A stretch of 64,000 nt of DNA from Trichoplax adhaerens (taxonomy: Eukaryota > Animalia > Placozoa): the NCBI RefSeq assembly GCF_000150275.1, contig NW_002060946.1, positions 7,981,555-8,045,554 of the forward strand. The letters are read 5' to 3'. The notes under the pieces were generated by a model. It was not told the origin of the DNA. It worked only from the letters and a program-made list of their open reading frames with translations, and did no database searches. Below are positions 13,052 through 26,594 of this stretch, in pieces (positions within the stretch are counted from its first letter, which is position 1; the number at the start of each line of letters is the position of its first letter). The position numbers and the translations under genes were made by a program.

Positions 13052-14479
13052 ATTTTTACCATTGATCTTAATCTGAGCAAATCGGTATCACGGAGAAGAA
13101 TTTTTTTAATAGGCAGATGAATCAGCAGTTTTGAAGGACCAATTAATAATGTATCTGGTCTTGAATCACTTCGTAAAATGAAGAAATCATTGGATCATCA
13201 TTGCCAAGAGGAATACACACCGCTAGCTAAATTTCTAATCATTTAATAGTATATCCCATCAGCAGTATAATCCAATCAAAATCTAGACTAAACCTGGTGT
13301 TGTACACTCGTCGTAAAGAAGGTAAGCTAGTCCGTCAAAATTTCACGGAATAGCTAAATAGTTTATGCATACGAAAGTAGCAATCTGTTAAGTCAAAATC
13401 GATATTTACCTGAGATGGAGATGATATTTAATTGGTTGTGCATTTATATGTCAATATTGCAATACTGTATCCGACCTTCAACTTATTGCTATCATCAATA
13501 AGGTCATCAGGATAATCTAGATCATTATCAAAGCGTAGTATTTAGTCGTAATGGTATCGATGCAGAAAACAAAAGAGGATAGTCTGATTAATTAAAATAC
13601 GATCATGGAACAAATCAAGCCTAGTATAGAAACAAAGATAGAATGAATCAAATGAGGTATTGAAAAGTAGATCTGGGGTTCATATATTATCTAGAAATTT
13701 CTCAATTAAATATGATCTGTAGCGATAGGATAATCGTAATCTACTTTAGCATTAGCTTAACTTGAGTCTTAGCAATGTTGAAGGCGCCAAATTTTAGCAT
13801 TAATGCAAGATTAACACAATCATATCAAACAAAGTTACACTTATAAATGCCCATTTATAAGGTACTCAATAAAATATGAAATCGGAAAATTATCCTTCCT
13901 TATAGATCATAGCGAATTGATGTATTGATATAGCAAAAAGTCCTTTTTGCTATGGAACAGACCTAATAAACAATTGACTACAAATAAAAATATTGGCGTA
14001 ACATAAGACTAGCATATGCCTTTCCTTGTTTTATCAATGTTGTATTTACTTAACCGAATTGATACTAAAAATATAAGATTCAAGGCGCAATTAGAATAAC
14101 AAGAGTTCATTCAAATTGTCCCATTTATTCATCATGATTTATGACGTTATAAAACGTGGTATACAAGTAGTAATTCAATTTGGTAATGAATAAGCCCACT
14201 GCTAAAAACTATGTTATTATACATCCATCAAGCAAATATATTACAATTTAATGCTATATCGATTGGCTTAACGTTCCATTTCGCTGTGTTCGAAATTATC
14301 TACACATGTGCATGCACAATCCTTGGCCATCTTTCAATCTAATGAATATAATGTTTACAACGTAACAGATGATCCATTATTATTTACTAATATAATCCTA
14401 TTACTAATGTAGCATCCTAGAATACTAATTCAATCTCGACGTTTTGGGCTGTACAGCCTTAATAACTATATTGTCATTC

Positions 14480-17400
14480 TTATATTTTGCCAGTGAATTT
14501 ATAAAACTTAAGATAGTCCGCATGTAATGCTTTCAGCGAATCTTTCATAGTTTCCTTGACGCACGAATTCAAGTAAGTAAAATCCGAATCGTGGCAAAAT
14601 TCAATAATCTGAAATATCCCTTCATGTAGTAGTTGCTGAATAGAAAAATAATTGAAAACAGGTTATTACTTTTCTAATCAAATATTGAAGGCGATTAAAC
14701 ATTAGTTAGCTAAAATCAATACGATAAACTTCACATGTGTAACCCATTTCATACCTTCAATTTAAATTCGAGGACGCATGGAGATACGTAATAAATGTAA
14801 TCAGCTACTAGATGAAGGCGGGCCTAGCACCATTGTAAGGCAAAACAAGTCTCAAAGTCTGTCAAAAAGTTTATGTTGGCTTATAATTTTTTCCTAAATT
14901 GTTAGCTTACCTTTCCCGCCAATTCTTTTTGCTTACTAATATCACCATATAATCTGATATGCCAAGGGATACAGAAATAAAATTAAATGTAAGTTATTAT
15001 CTAATGATACTACAAGAAATTGTTTTAATAGCATGTGAGGATTTTACAACAAACAAACAAGTACACCAACCTTGTCAAACACAAAATACAATTTCTAATA
15101 GACAATGGTGATAATTGATGTAATCCTTCCGGTGAGTAATTGTTTATTCTAGAGGTGAAATGAACTAATAGCACTGGAAATGATTAAGGAAGAGCGATCT
15201 TAAAGTAGTAAAAGTTAGCTAGTTAATATATTTCTAGACAATAGCAACATCATAAAGGATATTTCTAACGCTGGCAACGCAAATTGCCAAGTTTTTATAG
15301 GCCAAATTCGGAAAATTGAATGTAATTGCACTTAATATTGCTGAAATTGCATCGAATATATCTGGAAAGCTATTGAGACAACATAATTTAAAAGAAGATG
15401 TTTGATTCAAAATGCAATCACCTCCATGAAATCCTTTCAACAAAACTTCCAAATAAACGTGTTTCAAAATATTAACTATGAGCGCAGGTAAGGCACTTAC
15501 TTGCTGCTTATACAATTCTTTTCATATGGCCATGTGGAGCATATTTGAAAGGCACTCCTCACTGCATCTCTTGTTAAAGAGTTCTAGTAAACCGAGTAAA
15601 ATCATTTGTAATGTTGATGAAGCCTTTAGTTAACATACCTTACAGATTACTATAAAGACTGAAAACGTTCGCTAACCTTCCCTTGCGTTAATAGTTGTTT
15701 AATCAGTTTCAAAATGAGAAGACAAGTCTCACTATCCAACAACTTATTTGACATGCCTTCCAAGTTATATGACATACGAACTAAAGTCAATAGTAACTGA
15801 AACGGAATACCACACCGATAAAAGAAATTACGACTCTATTAGCTGCATTTAAACCATTCACTAGATCAATATCTATTACACTCACTGTTGAAAATGCATC
15901 TTTATACTCTGCCTTCTTTCGCTCTATTGTTAGTTTAGCAATCAATTCTGTCCATACATACAAGCGCACTTTCAGATTTGATAAGTCCAAAATCAGATTG
16001 TCTGAGACCTACAATTGGCAATAAATCAACTCATGAGCTATAATATCACGACAAAAGCTGTCTAAAAATATAGGATCGATATTTAAACCCAAATCGTTCT
16101 ATACAGTATGTCATAAGCAACAGCTCTCTTAACATGTATTATATATACTCGTATTATTAACTATACCGTTTTAGTTTCACATAGTAAATTATCAAAAGTT
16201 GATGTATTTTCCCTCGAAAATGATTTCACAACCAGCTTGACAATGGCTTGTTGTAGACAGTTACGAAATTCAGCGACTAAGAGAAAAGTTAAATATGTGG
16301 CATTTACTAAATTTCACTCATACTGCCTTCCTAAACTAGATAAGTACGCACAACTCGAGGCGAGTAGACAAAAATTTCAAACATTAAATATTATTTTCAA
16401 TGAAACCTTCATTAATTTGATGGTTGTCGATTTTAGTAGATGAACTGTTTCTTAAGCCATTTGATTGCGTCAGCAGTTTTAATAATAATGTTATGAAATT
16501 ATTGACCGTATTAGACGTTTCCTCATCGTTTGTTTCATAATGATGATACTCCAAGAACGTGGATGTATACATAACGTAAGATGTACATAACGCTGAGTCA
16601 TTCTAAAAATAAAATAAGTTTCAAAGTAAATTACATACCTACACGCCACTTAAAAACACCAACTAAGCATTAATACTTACAATTAACACCGTATCTTCTA
16701 AAAGTGGCACCAAATCACTCGCAAAATTTGACAATTCTTGGAAAGCAATTTTATACAAATCGTGTATTTCCTGATTGAAACTGAATTCGACACTGTAACA
16801 TAGCACATTTAAGATTTTGAGCACTTCTAATTGGAGGAATTATACCGTAGTACAAAAATTATACTTACTTAGGTTCAACTAACTGTAACAACAATCGAAA
16901 AATATCTATCAAGATTCGACAACTCTTAAATATATTAACAACATCTCCCTTCGCTTCCACTATTCTACCATCTTTACTCTTTATTTTCGATGCTTTGCTT
17001 AACTTTAAACGTTTGGCTACAGCAAATATAAGTACAATTATTCCATACATGGTACTCTTCAAATGAATTATAATGATTGTATGAAAATTAAAATTAACAA
17101 CATACTTTTCGGTACTTCATCAGACTGGTACAAGATATGACCACAAATTTTAAATAATATGATGAAATTATCTCTTTCTTGGTTAAAAATTGCTACAGCT
17201 TCCTGGCTTAACGCAATCTAAAGTCCAAATTATATTGCACAATTGTCAATAATAAATTTTCTACTTTAATTGAACTACTTTAGCTTTTTAGCTCTAACCT
17301 GTTCCAACACCGAAAATATAAATTTCAGAAGGAGACTGTGTTCCAAGATAACCTGTTCTATTTCAGAAGTTGAAGAAACCTGCATAATTTCTTGAACGAA

Positions 17401-20400
17401 ATCATCAATCCGTGGCCTCAGCTATGAAACATTAATTCAGAATGAATCTACTAGCATAATACAGTAACTAGCGATTGCTGCTTTCGCAGTTTTATCTATA
17501 GAAGGCAAAGAATACCTGTTTTATTAAATTAGAGGCAAATTTAAGTAATGTTTTACCACCTAGCCAGTTACGAAAAGCAGAGCTAACGATATCTGTTGTG
17601 ATTTTGTGCAATTCTTTTGTTTCTTTAGAGCTCACTCGTCGATCAGCGCTAGCATTTTTCTATCATTGGATTATCACAAAAGATTAATCAATAAATCCTA
17701 GTTTCTCAATAGAGATTTACCAATATGAACTATTTACCGAATTTAGCGATGAAAGATCGGTCAATAAATGATTATCAAGAACCGTGAGAGGATTTAGTCT
17801 TTTAAGAAAGCGATGACAGGTATTAATCAATGTTACACGAGGATTCAAGAGAAGCCACATTATCTGTCGCAATTCCAGTTGAAGGCGATATCTCCAGTCT
17901 ATTTCCTGTAATAACCCATTGACGAAGTTATCAATGAATATTGTGTTATATCACTAACAACTACAAAAGTATCATTGAAGTATATTAACGATAAATTTAT
18001 ATACAAAAATTAACAATATACCGTTTCCAAGGCGCCTGAAATAATCCAATCCCAACATATAAGAGATAGAAAACATCTGGTATAATTGACTGGGAGTAAA
18101 CAATCCAAAGGAAGCATATAGAAAATCTAAACATTATTATAAGGCAAAAGAATTTGAAAAGGTTACTGCTTCTTTTACACAAACTCACAGTAAATTTGTT
18201 TAAATCGTATTTCAACTAGTTAGTTAATAAAAATTGATGCAGTACCACTGTTTTAATAAATATGTTCAGTATTAAATACAAACCTTGATTAGTCTATGCA
18301 TATCATTCAACGAGCTAAGTTCCTCAGAATGAAGCGGCTTATGAACGATACACCATCTCATTTCACTAGCACCTATAAGCCTTTGAGCATGTTCTATAAT
18401 ATCCCAGGCTTCAGAGTTAACGGATTTACTTGCTTTGTCTTTAGGTAGTAACCGAGAAAGTTAAGGCACACAAAGATGAATAATAAAACTTCAGTAATAA
18501 CACAAAGTACCATCTGAGCTAGGGTACAAAGATGAATAATAAAACTTCTATAATAACAAAAGTACCATCTGAGCTAGGGTAGTGAAGGGCACTCTGCCAT
18601 TCAAATGATGGCCTAGCCAAATTACCAAGAGCTTCAAAGACTACGCTTTGCAGATTAAGAGAATTCCTTAATGATTAAAAATTAATCGGGTTACTACAAA
18701 CTCATAATTATTACCTTATAATGATAAAAAATTATTACCTTATAGGATTAAACAGTTGTTTCATTTCATCTAAAATACATGACATTAAGCACGACTGAAA
18801 AGGTTGTAAGTCGATCAATGTTGCTTGCATAATAGCTCCACAAGAAATCGAATAATAACTGCTATTGCTATATGAATAAATCATAGAGCCAAATTGCTAT
18901 AAGCTTAAGATTTTCGATATGAAAGTAACTTATAACATAAAATTAATTACCGTTTAGTAGTACAACTGTTGGGGCAAGAGTACATCGTCTTAATTAGAGA
19001 TCGGCATATATCTAATATTTGACTATTATTCAAATAAGCTATGTAAAATGGCAACTTGTCCAACAATAATTTCCAAGAATAAAGAGGGAAAGTCTTTTCA
19101 TTAATTACAAGCATCTAGTATGAAGAATAATCAATTGTTAGTGTACATATTGAATTGTACACTGATATTATCCTTTAAGTCTTACCAATGCTACTGGGCT
19201 GCTATCTAAGTTCGCATTATCTTCAGAGTTGACATCATTTATCAATAAATCATTTTTATTAAATGGCAATTCATTGATAAAATATAGATAATCTTCAAAG
19301 ACAAATGATTGTTCTTCATTCTGCGGCATCAATAACGAATACACCGATCTTTGAACGGCATAAATTGTCTGTAAATAAATTGATAAGTCGTTACGAAGCC
19401 GATACTGTATAACAACCGCAGTGCAACAATTTACCACCTAAGAATGATTAACATTATACGTACCAACAAATATCGAATCTTAAAGTTTTCTAATGCCAAA
19501 TCACATTGCCTTTGTGACCAATTCACGACCTGAATTCTCTTATCCTTCCACTGCAGAGAAATTATCGCATTATACATATCTGTAGGTATTTCTTTACCAT
19601 TACATTGAAAGGCAGTGAAAACTTCCAGCAACGTATAGGACATCAATAAAGCCGAAAATTGGACATAGGAAATGAATTCGTAGTCCTGTGTTATCATACA
19701 ACACAAACAGTGAAGTAAAAATTAATAATTAGAAAATATAAATCATCCCATGCTATGCCTATCATTAAATTGCAACAACCACCTTTCTAGTCGTTTCTGC
19801 CATACATTGTCGTAATGGTATTACAACTTTATGGCAGCAAGATTGAAGAAAGTCGATTACTGATTTTTTAACAGACAGCGGCAAGTCGCTTTGTGACGTT
19901 GTTAAAATTTTTGAATTAAGTAAGCAGCAGCATAACAGTGTTATCGCGTGTTGCATGCAACTATAGAAGACACCATTGAGTTTTCGCTCTTCGCTATTTT
20001 CGCCTAAATTTATAACATTCGCACAGGAAGGTTATCCCAGCTATTATCTGTTATTTAAAGAAATAAAATAAAACATTTCTCACTAACCAACGAACTTCGA
20101 CAAGTAATATTCGCAAATTTCGCCACTAATCAAGTTGCCAACATCGATCGCACTAGTCGGAGTTAATTCACGGATGCATTGTTCAAATCTTTGAAATATG
20201 TTAAACTCGGGCTTAGTCGACATAATTCGTAAATTTTACAAACATGAGAATACCTTGAGCTATTATTAAAATTTCCACTACTACGAGTATACCTTGTCAA
20301 AAAATTAACAGGTAAATTAAAAACTGTAACCATGTCTGAATTTTCCAGAATTGTACGAAAACAAGTAAATAGAATAGATAATAATTTGTCCACCTAATAT

Positions 20401-23400
20401 AAAAAAATTAAACCAAATTGCATTATTTATCGTCTTATGCATATATTTTAGTATGTAATATCCCGGTCATAAATCTCATAAACCAATAATTAAGAAATGC
20501 TGCGCCTGATATATTGATATATCGAAAATCATAGTTGGTAATTCACTTCATTTATCCACACCTGGTGAAGTTTAGAATATGTTGATAGTAACTGAACTAG
20601 GAAAATTCCATCTTTGGTGTCTATTACTTCATTAACAGAGTCCTAAATCATGGGTAACATTATATGATTATCGTAATGAAGTATTATAGATACCTGTGGA
20701 TTCATAAAATCTAGCACACTCACATCAGATGTAAACATAAAAGACAATATTCGGACCAAGTGTGATTCCATAGATCGATAATTTAACTTAAGAAAGGTTC
20801 GCAGACACGACAAGACATCCATATTTATTCTATCAAAAGGAATTCTTATTATAGCGGACCAATTATCATGCTAAGGACTAAACTCATTTAATATCAGTGA
20901 CTATCATCATAAAATAGAGACCTTCCTACTAAATCTTCACATCTATTTTTCATCCATGTAAGCTGAGTATTACCAGCTACGCTATCAACAGAGGGCTGTA
21001 ACGCAAAATTATCTTACTAAGATTTTCAATTGAAGAATGAGATGTAACTTATTCCATAATTCCAGATATCGGTACTATTTCTATAAATTTACTATACCTG
21101 ATAGATATCAAACTTTATGACGATATCAGTTAAAGCATTAAATGCAGATGCAGTATTTTGACGTATAGTTTGATTTTGATCAAACATTTTCTCTAGTTGA
21201 ATTAACTTTACCAACTCTACGTAGAAGTTGAATTCCGCTGAAGTAACAATTTTCTTCATCTCTCTAAATAAAATTTAAGACAGAATTTGAATCTTCTTAG
21301 GAATTACATGACTGATGGAGCAAATGTGGAAAATATCAACAATGCACCTGCTGGATTGCAAATATTGTTCATATATAAAAGGTAAGGAAACCAACGCTGA
21401 TCTACTGAGGTTAAGATTAAGTTCTAGCTGTTGAAGTTAAATTAAGAGCTACATTTAATGTCGAATAGGAAATGTAATGACTTTAACAAAGCAAAATTGC
21501 GCAATGATTACATTAAAAGATATCTTTCGGCATAATTCTGTATCTTCATTTCTAATTAAATTCAATATTCTAAATAAAATTTCATGGTAACTTAAATTCA
21601 ATTCACGTCCACTGTTGGAGACAGGATGTCTAAAACCCATTTGGTAATCTGTTAGATGATCTCTATAAATAATATTAACAGATTGATTAACATTATTTTT
21701 TTAAAATTGATACTATTCATATTAGAAGTTATACCCATTCATTCATTCAGAATTACCTATGAAATAATATCCCAGCCAGAAGTCTTTCTACTGCATTGAG
21801 TACATTTTCTAGCAATTTTGTATTATATGGCATCTGAGATGTAAGTAATTGCCGAAGGCTATATCGAAGGACAATATTGTTTGCCAGTAGCAATTCGCAA
21901 TATACTACAAAGACCTACGCGAGACGGTGAACACACATGTCATACAGCTTGCAACAGTAGCTGGAAGTTACAAAAATTTGAGCTATTAGCTAAGCTACGG
22001 ACCTTTTTTTGATTCGATTGCTGACTAAGCATACGGTTAGTGTATTGAATAATGCACAGTAATAAATTGAGTATCGTCTCGCTGAACGAGTTTTCATTCT
22101 TGGTTGATACAATCCACAGAGCAATAAAGGAAGCAAGAAAGGTCGCCTATCAATTTTAGCAGTATCTAATTAGTATAGGCTAAGTATAAAGTTACTTTGC
22201 AATATAATCAACTCAAATGATATTACTAACAAGTCCTTCGATATTCAAATTTGCAATATCAATGTTCAAATTGGCTTGTTTATTGAAAAGGCTCCCACAG
22301 CAAGATAAAAGTATTTTTATTTCATCTTGAAAACCGGTGTTCTGATGGTTATCAGCTTTGATAACCTGCAACATTCTTTCAGCTAATGCCTACAGTAGCA
22401 GTTTGCAAATTAAAAGATGCATGGCCTATGATTTGGAAGCTCATCATCGACAGTACTATTTTACGAAGATTTACAATGGCTGTTCCCGAATTAGTATAAA
22501 TTGAGCTTTGTCCATAGGCTTAGTAAGCAGTGAAATAATCTTAGAGGTTGTATAGAATAACACCTTCAGATATGAAGATACGCACTCATCATTAAGTACA
22601 TACTAGTCCTACACCGTGTCGCGTTGCTGACAAATTACACATGTTGTATTTAGGAGTATTGCACTGTACAACATTGCAGACACTTTACTTATATTTCCAT
22701 TTCAATAATACACATTCTAGCCATACTATACTGCAGTTAGTCCTAAGTTACGAATTTGGTCGCATTACTTGCGTGCAACATTACCTAAATACTAACTAAC
22801 CTGGAGAATCAGAGCTTTAACTGTACCATGATTAGACATTGTTGGCAAGATGCTATCAAACAACTCCCATAGCATTTGCGTTGCGGCCCCTCTGTCTTGT
22901 GATCTGTGATATTTAAGTTTGAAATTTAATTGTATCTACCACACACAAATCACAAATGCATCATCTCCAATATCACATTAACTAGTATTTATAACCTTAT
23001 TAGCTTCTAGTGAGTTCTAAGTCATTATTCCACACTGACTATAATAGGGTCTACAGTTACTATCATGTCACATACGTAAGTACTTGTCAAGAGCTACATC
23101 GTCATGTTAATTATCTACTACACTTATTTCTATTAAAATCACAAATTAATGAATACCAATTTACAATAATATCTAGCTAGTGAAAATGATAATGTACTGC
23201 GATACTGCTGTATGAATTAAGCAAACTCGTCTGGTAAAATCTAGTTTTCAAATGCTTGATTACATGCGTGCAATAGTAAATATGAACTCGCAATGTCCTT
23301 GTGCTAGCAGATAAGAAGTCAAGCGCTGATCAGTTCAAGATTTTTCAACCATTTCCTACAAATATCATTTTGAACTTAATAGGAATCTAGCATTGCAATA

Positions 23401-23583
23401 CCTTCTGCTAATAGTTATCAGCTGATCTACCACCCAATCACAAACAACTTGAAACTTATTCGGTATAAATAATGTTGAATTATTTGGATGCCAAAGTGCC
23501 GTCTTAATCCATGCAATTTTATCCTCCAATTTAATGCTCGAATTGCGTAATTGTGGCGGTACAAATGTCTTCCAGCTCATCAT
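14480..23583 (-). CDS. URB2: Nucleolar pre-ribosomal-associated protein URB2/Npa2, many short exons; internal exon boundaries not all resolved
   Basis: N-terminus ..LRNSSIKLEDKIAWIKTALWHPNNSTLFIPNKFQVVCDWVVDQL resembles the URB2 N-terminus (WEDKLK..FAW..FLPNKEQVLLDW). The last exon LLHEGIFQIIEFCHDSDFTYLNSCVKETMKDSLKALHADYLKFYKFTGKI* resembles the Urb2 C-terminal domain. Helical Leu-rich exons with GT-AG boundaries lie between. Confidence 0.85.
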
Positions 23584-24498
23584 GATGTAGACTATAAATG
23601 AAGTATGAAGTTATTATGATTAAAGCAACTCTAAATAAGATCTCAACTGCACTTTTATAGTCGAGAATTTCCAAATGGATGCGATCGAGCAGTTCCTGTT
23701 CAGCAATTTCCGCTCGCTTATTCAGCTGGCTGCAAGTACCCCCTTAGCTAAACAGCATGGTTGTAATGCATACTCAGTCACCATACACTGTACAATTAGT
23801 ACAGACACACTGGATTATAATGTCCTGTATTGAACAGTAACCTAAGTTTAATAGTATTGTCTATCTTAACCTTAATTACGTACCGTAGAGTCATACAGTA
23901 CACTATACTGAACGGAGCACCGAGCAAGGAGCTGCCTGCTGCAGCTCATGGAGACTCCGAGCTATCGCCTAGTACGTTTATAGCGATATTGGCGACTATC
24001 TTAATGCTTAAAATGCAATAAGTGGACAAAATCTTGAAATTGATACTGCTATTATAACGTAGGCTATATCGTATTTCCAATAGTTAACGTTTAAAATCCA
24101 TGAGATTGATGAGAATAATTCATAGATTGCATTTCGGATTGTGAACGTTTAATTAATTAAACCCAATAAATCTACCAAACTGTTGGGAAGATTTTAGTAT
24201 TCAAGTAGTATGTAGTGTCTGGTAGGTATACAGCATGTTACAATCAACTATAATTTCCTAGTTGTTTAAAATTTAATGCAATTTATGCGAAATTTAAAGT
24301 ACAATCATTCCTCAGTCACCCTTTGTCGTAAAAATACGACCTTAATTATTGATAGGGGATTAAGATATCCTAAAATTTATTTAGGGAAAGGCTCCTACAG
24401 TGCTATTTAGAAGGAGCAACTAACTCATCAGAATGACTATGCTCTTACTAAACAAAATTTGGGAAATTTTAAAAAGTTGCAGCAAATCTTAGATAGAG

Positions 24499-24604
24499 CG
24501 AGCTCAGATCAAGTGTAATTACCATTCATTAGCAGTATATGTCTATACCATAAAAAGTATAGCATACCACTTCGGTCAATTAAGAATTGCTTCATCATAG
24601 CTCA
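24499..24604 (-). ncRNA. Box C/D sno/scaRNA module predicted to guide 2'-O-methylation of U2 snRNA A30 (snoU2-30 / 3' half of SCARNA9-like)
   Basis: Minus strand reads GAGC-T-ATGATGA (C box, 24598-24592) ... TACACTTGAT-CTGA (D box, 24507-24504)-GCTC, with a 4-bp terminal stem in k-turn register. The guide is complementary to U2 AUCAAGUGUA (nt 26-35) and the D+5 rule points to A30. Confidence 0.85.
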
Positions 24605-24852
24605 AATTATACAATAAACAGAAGAGAAAAACATACAGTAACATTACAGTATTGCGTGAAGACTATTAAGAAATATTAAAGAACTATACAATTTATCCTA
24701 AAATCACTACTCACGCTTACTCAAAATCTAGATACTACAGTATGTATCCAACTGTCATTAAAGTAGCAGCAATGACAACTACCATGTTGTAAATTATCAC
24801 TACTGCACTATACAATTTACAATAAAACAAAAAAATCAATAATATAATTTAA

Positions 24853-24937
24853 TCGCTTAAGTAATAGATTCGGCTAGTGTTATCATCATTACGCTTCAAA
24901 GCGCTTCAGTATTGGCTAGAGGTCTTCATGAATAAGC
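24853..24937 (-). ncRNA. Box C/D-like module predicted to guide U2 snRNA G19 methylation (snoU2-19 / 5' half of SCARNA9-like)
   Basis: Minus strand reads ATGAAGA (C-like) cct CTAGCCAATA-CTGA (D'), a short hairpin, ATGATGA (C'), then a second antisense element ACTAGCCGAAT. TAGCCAA pairs with U2 nt 17-23 and the +5 rule gives G19. The terminal D box is degenerate. Confidence 0.6.
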
Positions 24938-26202
24938 TGATTTGAAGAAAACAATAAAAATAATGGAGAGATGTTAGTGAAGAAGATTTGCACCCAATTA
25001 TAACACATCATGAATGCTGCAGATACTGTACAATGTACGCGTACATGTGCAAATCAATTCCTATCATCATTTTAACGAAAATTTTTGCTCATCTTTTTTG
25101 CTATATGCTAGCGATATAGCTTATCGATATACACCACACTCTATTATAATATATCAGAGTATACTGTACTTGAATAATACTATCTGCTTGGCATCATTAC
25201 TCGTACAACCTTGCAACAGTTAGAGCATCGAATGAAACTACAAGTTGGTACACTTAAAAATCAGTTCTTGGCAGAATGTTTACAACTTTTTAAGAGCTAG
25301 TAATCCACTGTAAAAGCGAATAACTCACACAAGCGTATACATGTACTGTACGGTAATATCTTATCGTAAAATAATTTCAGTTTAGGCACATGCTTATAGG
25401 TATAATATTTCCATATTCGTGATAACAAATCTTATTAATGCTCCTTAAATCAGGAATAATGTCGTTGCTTACCTTCAGACCTGAATTTGAATGAAATGAA
25501 ATCACAGTACAGTACTGTAGTGACTGGTCGCAGACCAAATACAGTACAGTATACAGTACTGTAATAAATCGACTTGACACTGTAAAATAAAGGGTACAGA
25601 CTGCCGCACCGCACAGTAGTCTAGGTAGTATGTACTGTAGTACTGTACTCACTATGGAGTACGTAGGACACAGTTAAGTATGACACTATTTTTGCGTTGC
25701 CGGTGTTACAACTGTATGTGTCTGTAACGGCTAAGTAGCACTAATAATGTCACGTTAAAGATTTGCACAGTTTAACCAACACAAATTGAGAGTGAGTGAT
25801 TGCGAACCAAAGATGCTATAACAGCGCTCAAAACTACTTTATTTTCGATCATGGCTGATTAACTAGCTACTGCAGTAGACAGAGCGGTACACTATTAACA
25901 TATCAGGTCACAGACAAGTTCATATTGGCGGTGAATGCCAATAATGCAATTGCAGTGTGGTTTTGCGCAGGTCACTGGTGCAGAACGGTAGCGCAGATCG
26001 CTAGCGAGCAGGGGAGTTTTTGAAGAAAACTTAATCTTAAAAGTCCTTAATTGCCAGCAGCAATATAGTATAGTACAGTGCAGTAAAGTACTGTAGATGA
26101 CTGAACCAATAGCCCTTATTTGAAACCATGGACTACTTGTTTAGTACTCTATGCTGTCCTAGCAGTAGTCCGTGACCAAAACTTTTGCTTCCTTAAGGCT
26201 TC

Positions 26203-26216
26203 GTTACTATGGTAAC
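26203..26216 (+). promoter_or_regulatory. RFX X-box upstream of the ciliary gene IQCG
   Basis: GTTACTATGGTAAC is a near-palindromic match to the X-box consensus GTTNCCATGGNAAC, ~380 bp upstream of the IQCG ATG. Confidence 0.7.
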
Positions 26217-26594
26217 TGATCAACAGCAATCTCAACTTCTTATGCTATACAGAAGTATGACACTGCCCAGAATAATATTCAGTCATTAGTTTTTATACGC
26301 CAATTACTGTATATCGCACCATAACTACAATACAGTACAGTTATTAGAAATAAAATCTGTTTCGTAGGTATAGTACGTGTTTATTAACTACGCTCGAATA
26401 GGGCTGTCATACTGTAGTATCCGTTTAGAATCTACTCGTATTTCCGAAATTCTTGGAAAAAAATATTCTTTCAATTCTTCAGCGAGACGAGAGTTTGATC
26501 GTTTAAATATATATATTATTACGCGATTGTAATTATTTTACAAGACGCCTGTATTACTCTAAATTTTACTCAGTAACCCCAGCGAATTATAATC

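Noticed and set aside
24890-25310. Small selenoprotein suggested by in-frame TGA codons
   Set aside because: No usable upstream ATG, TAA/TAG stops in all frames and no convincing SECIS; the snoRNA-host reading fits better.
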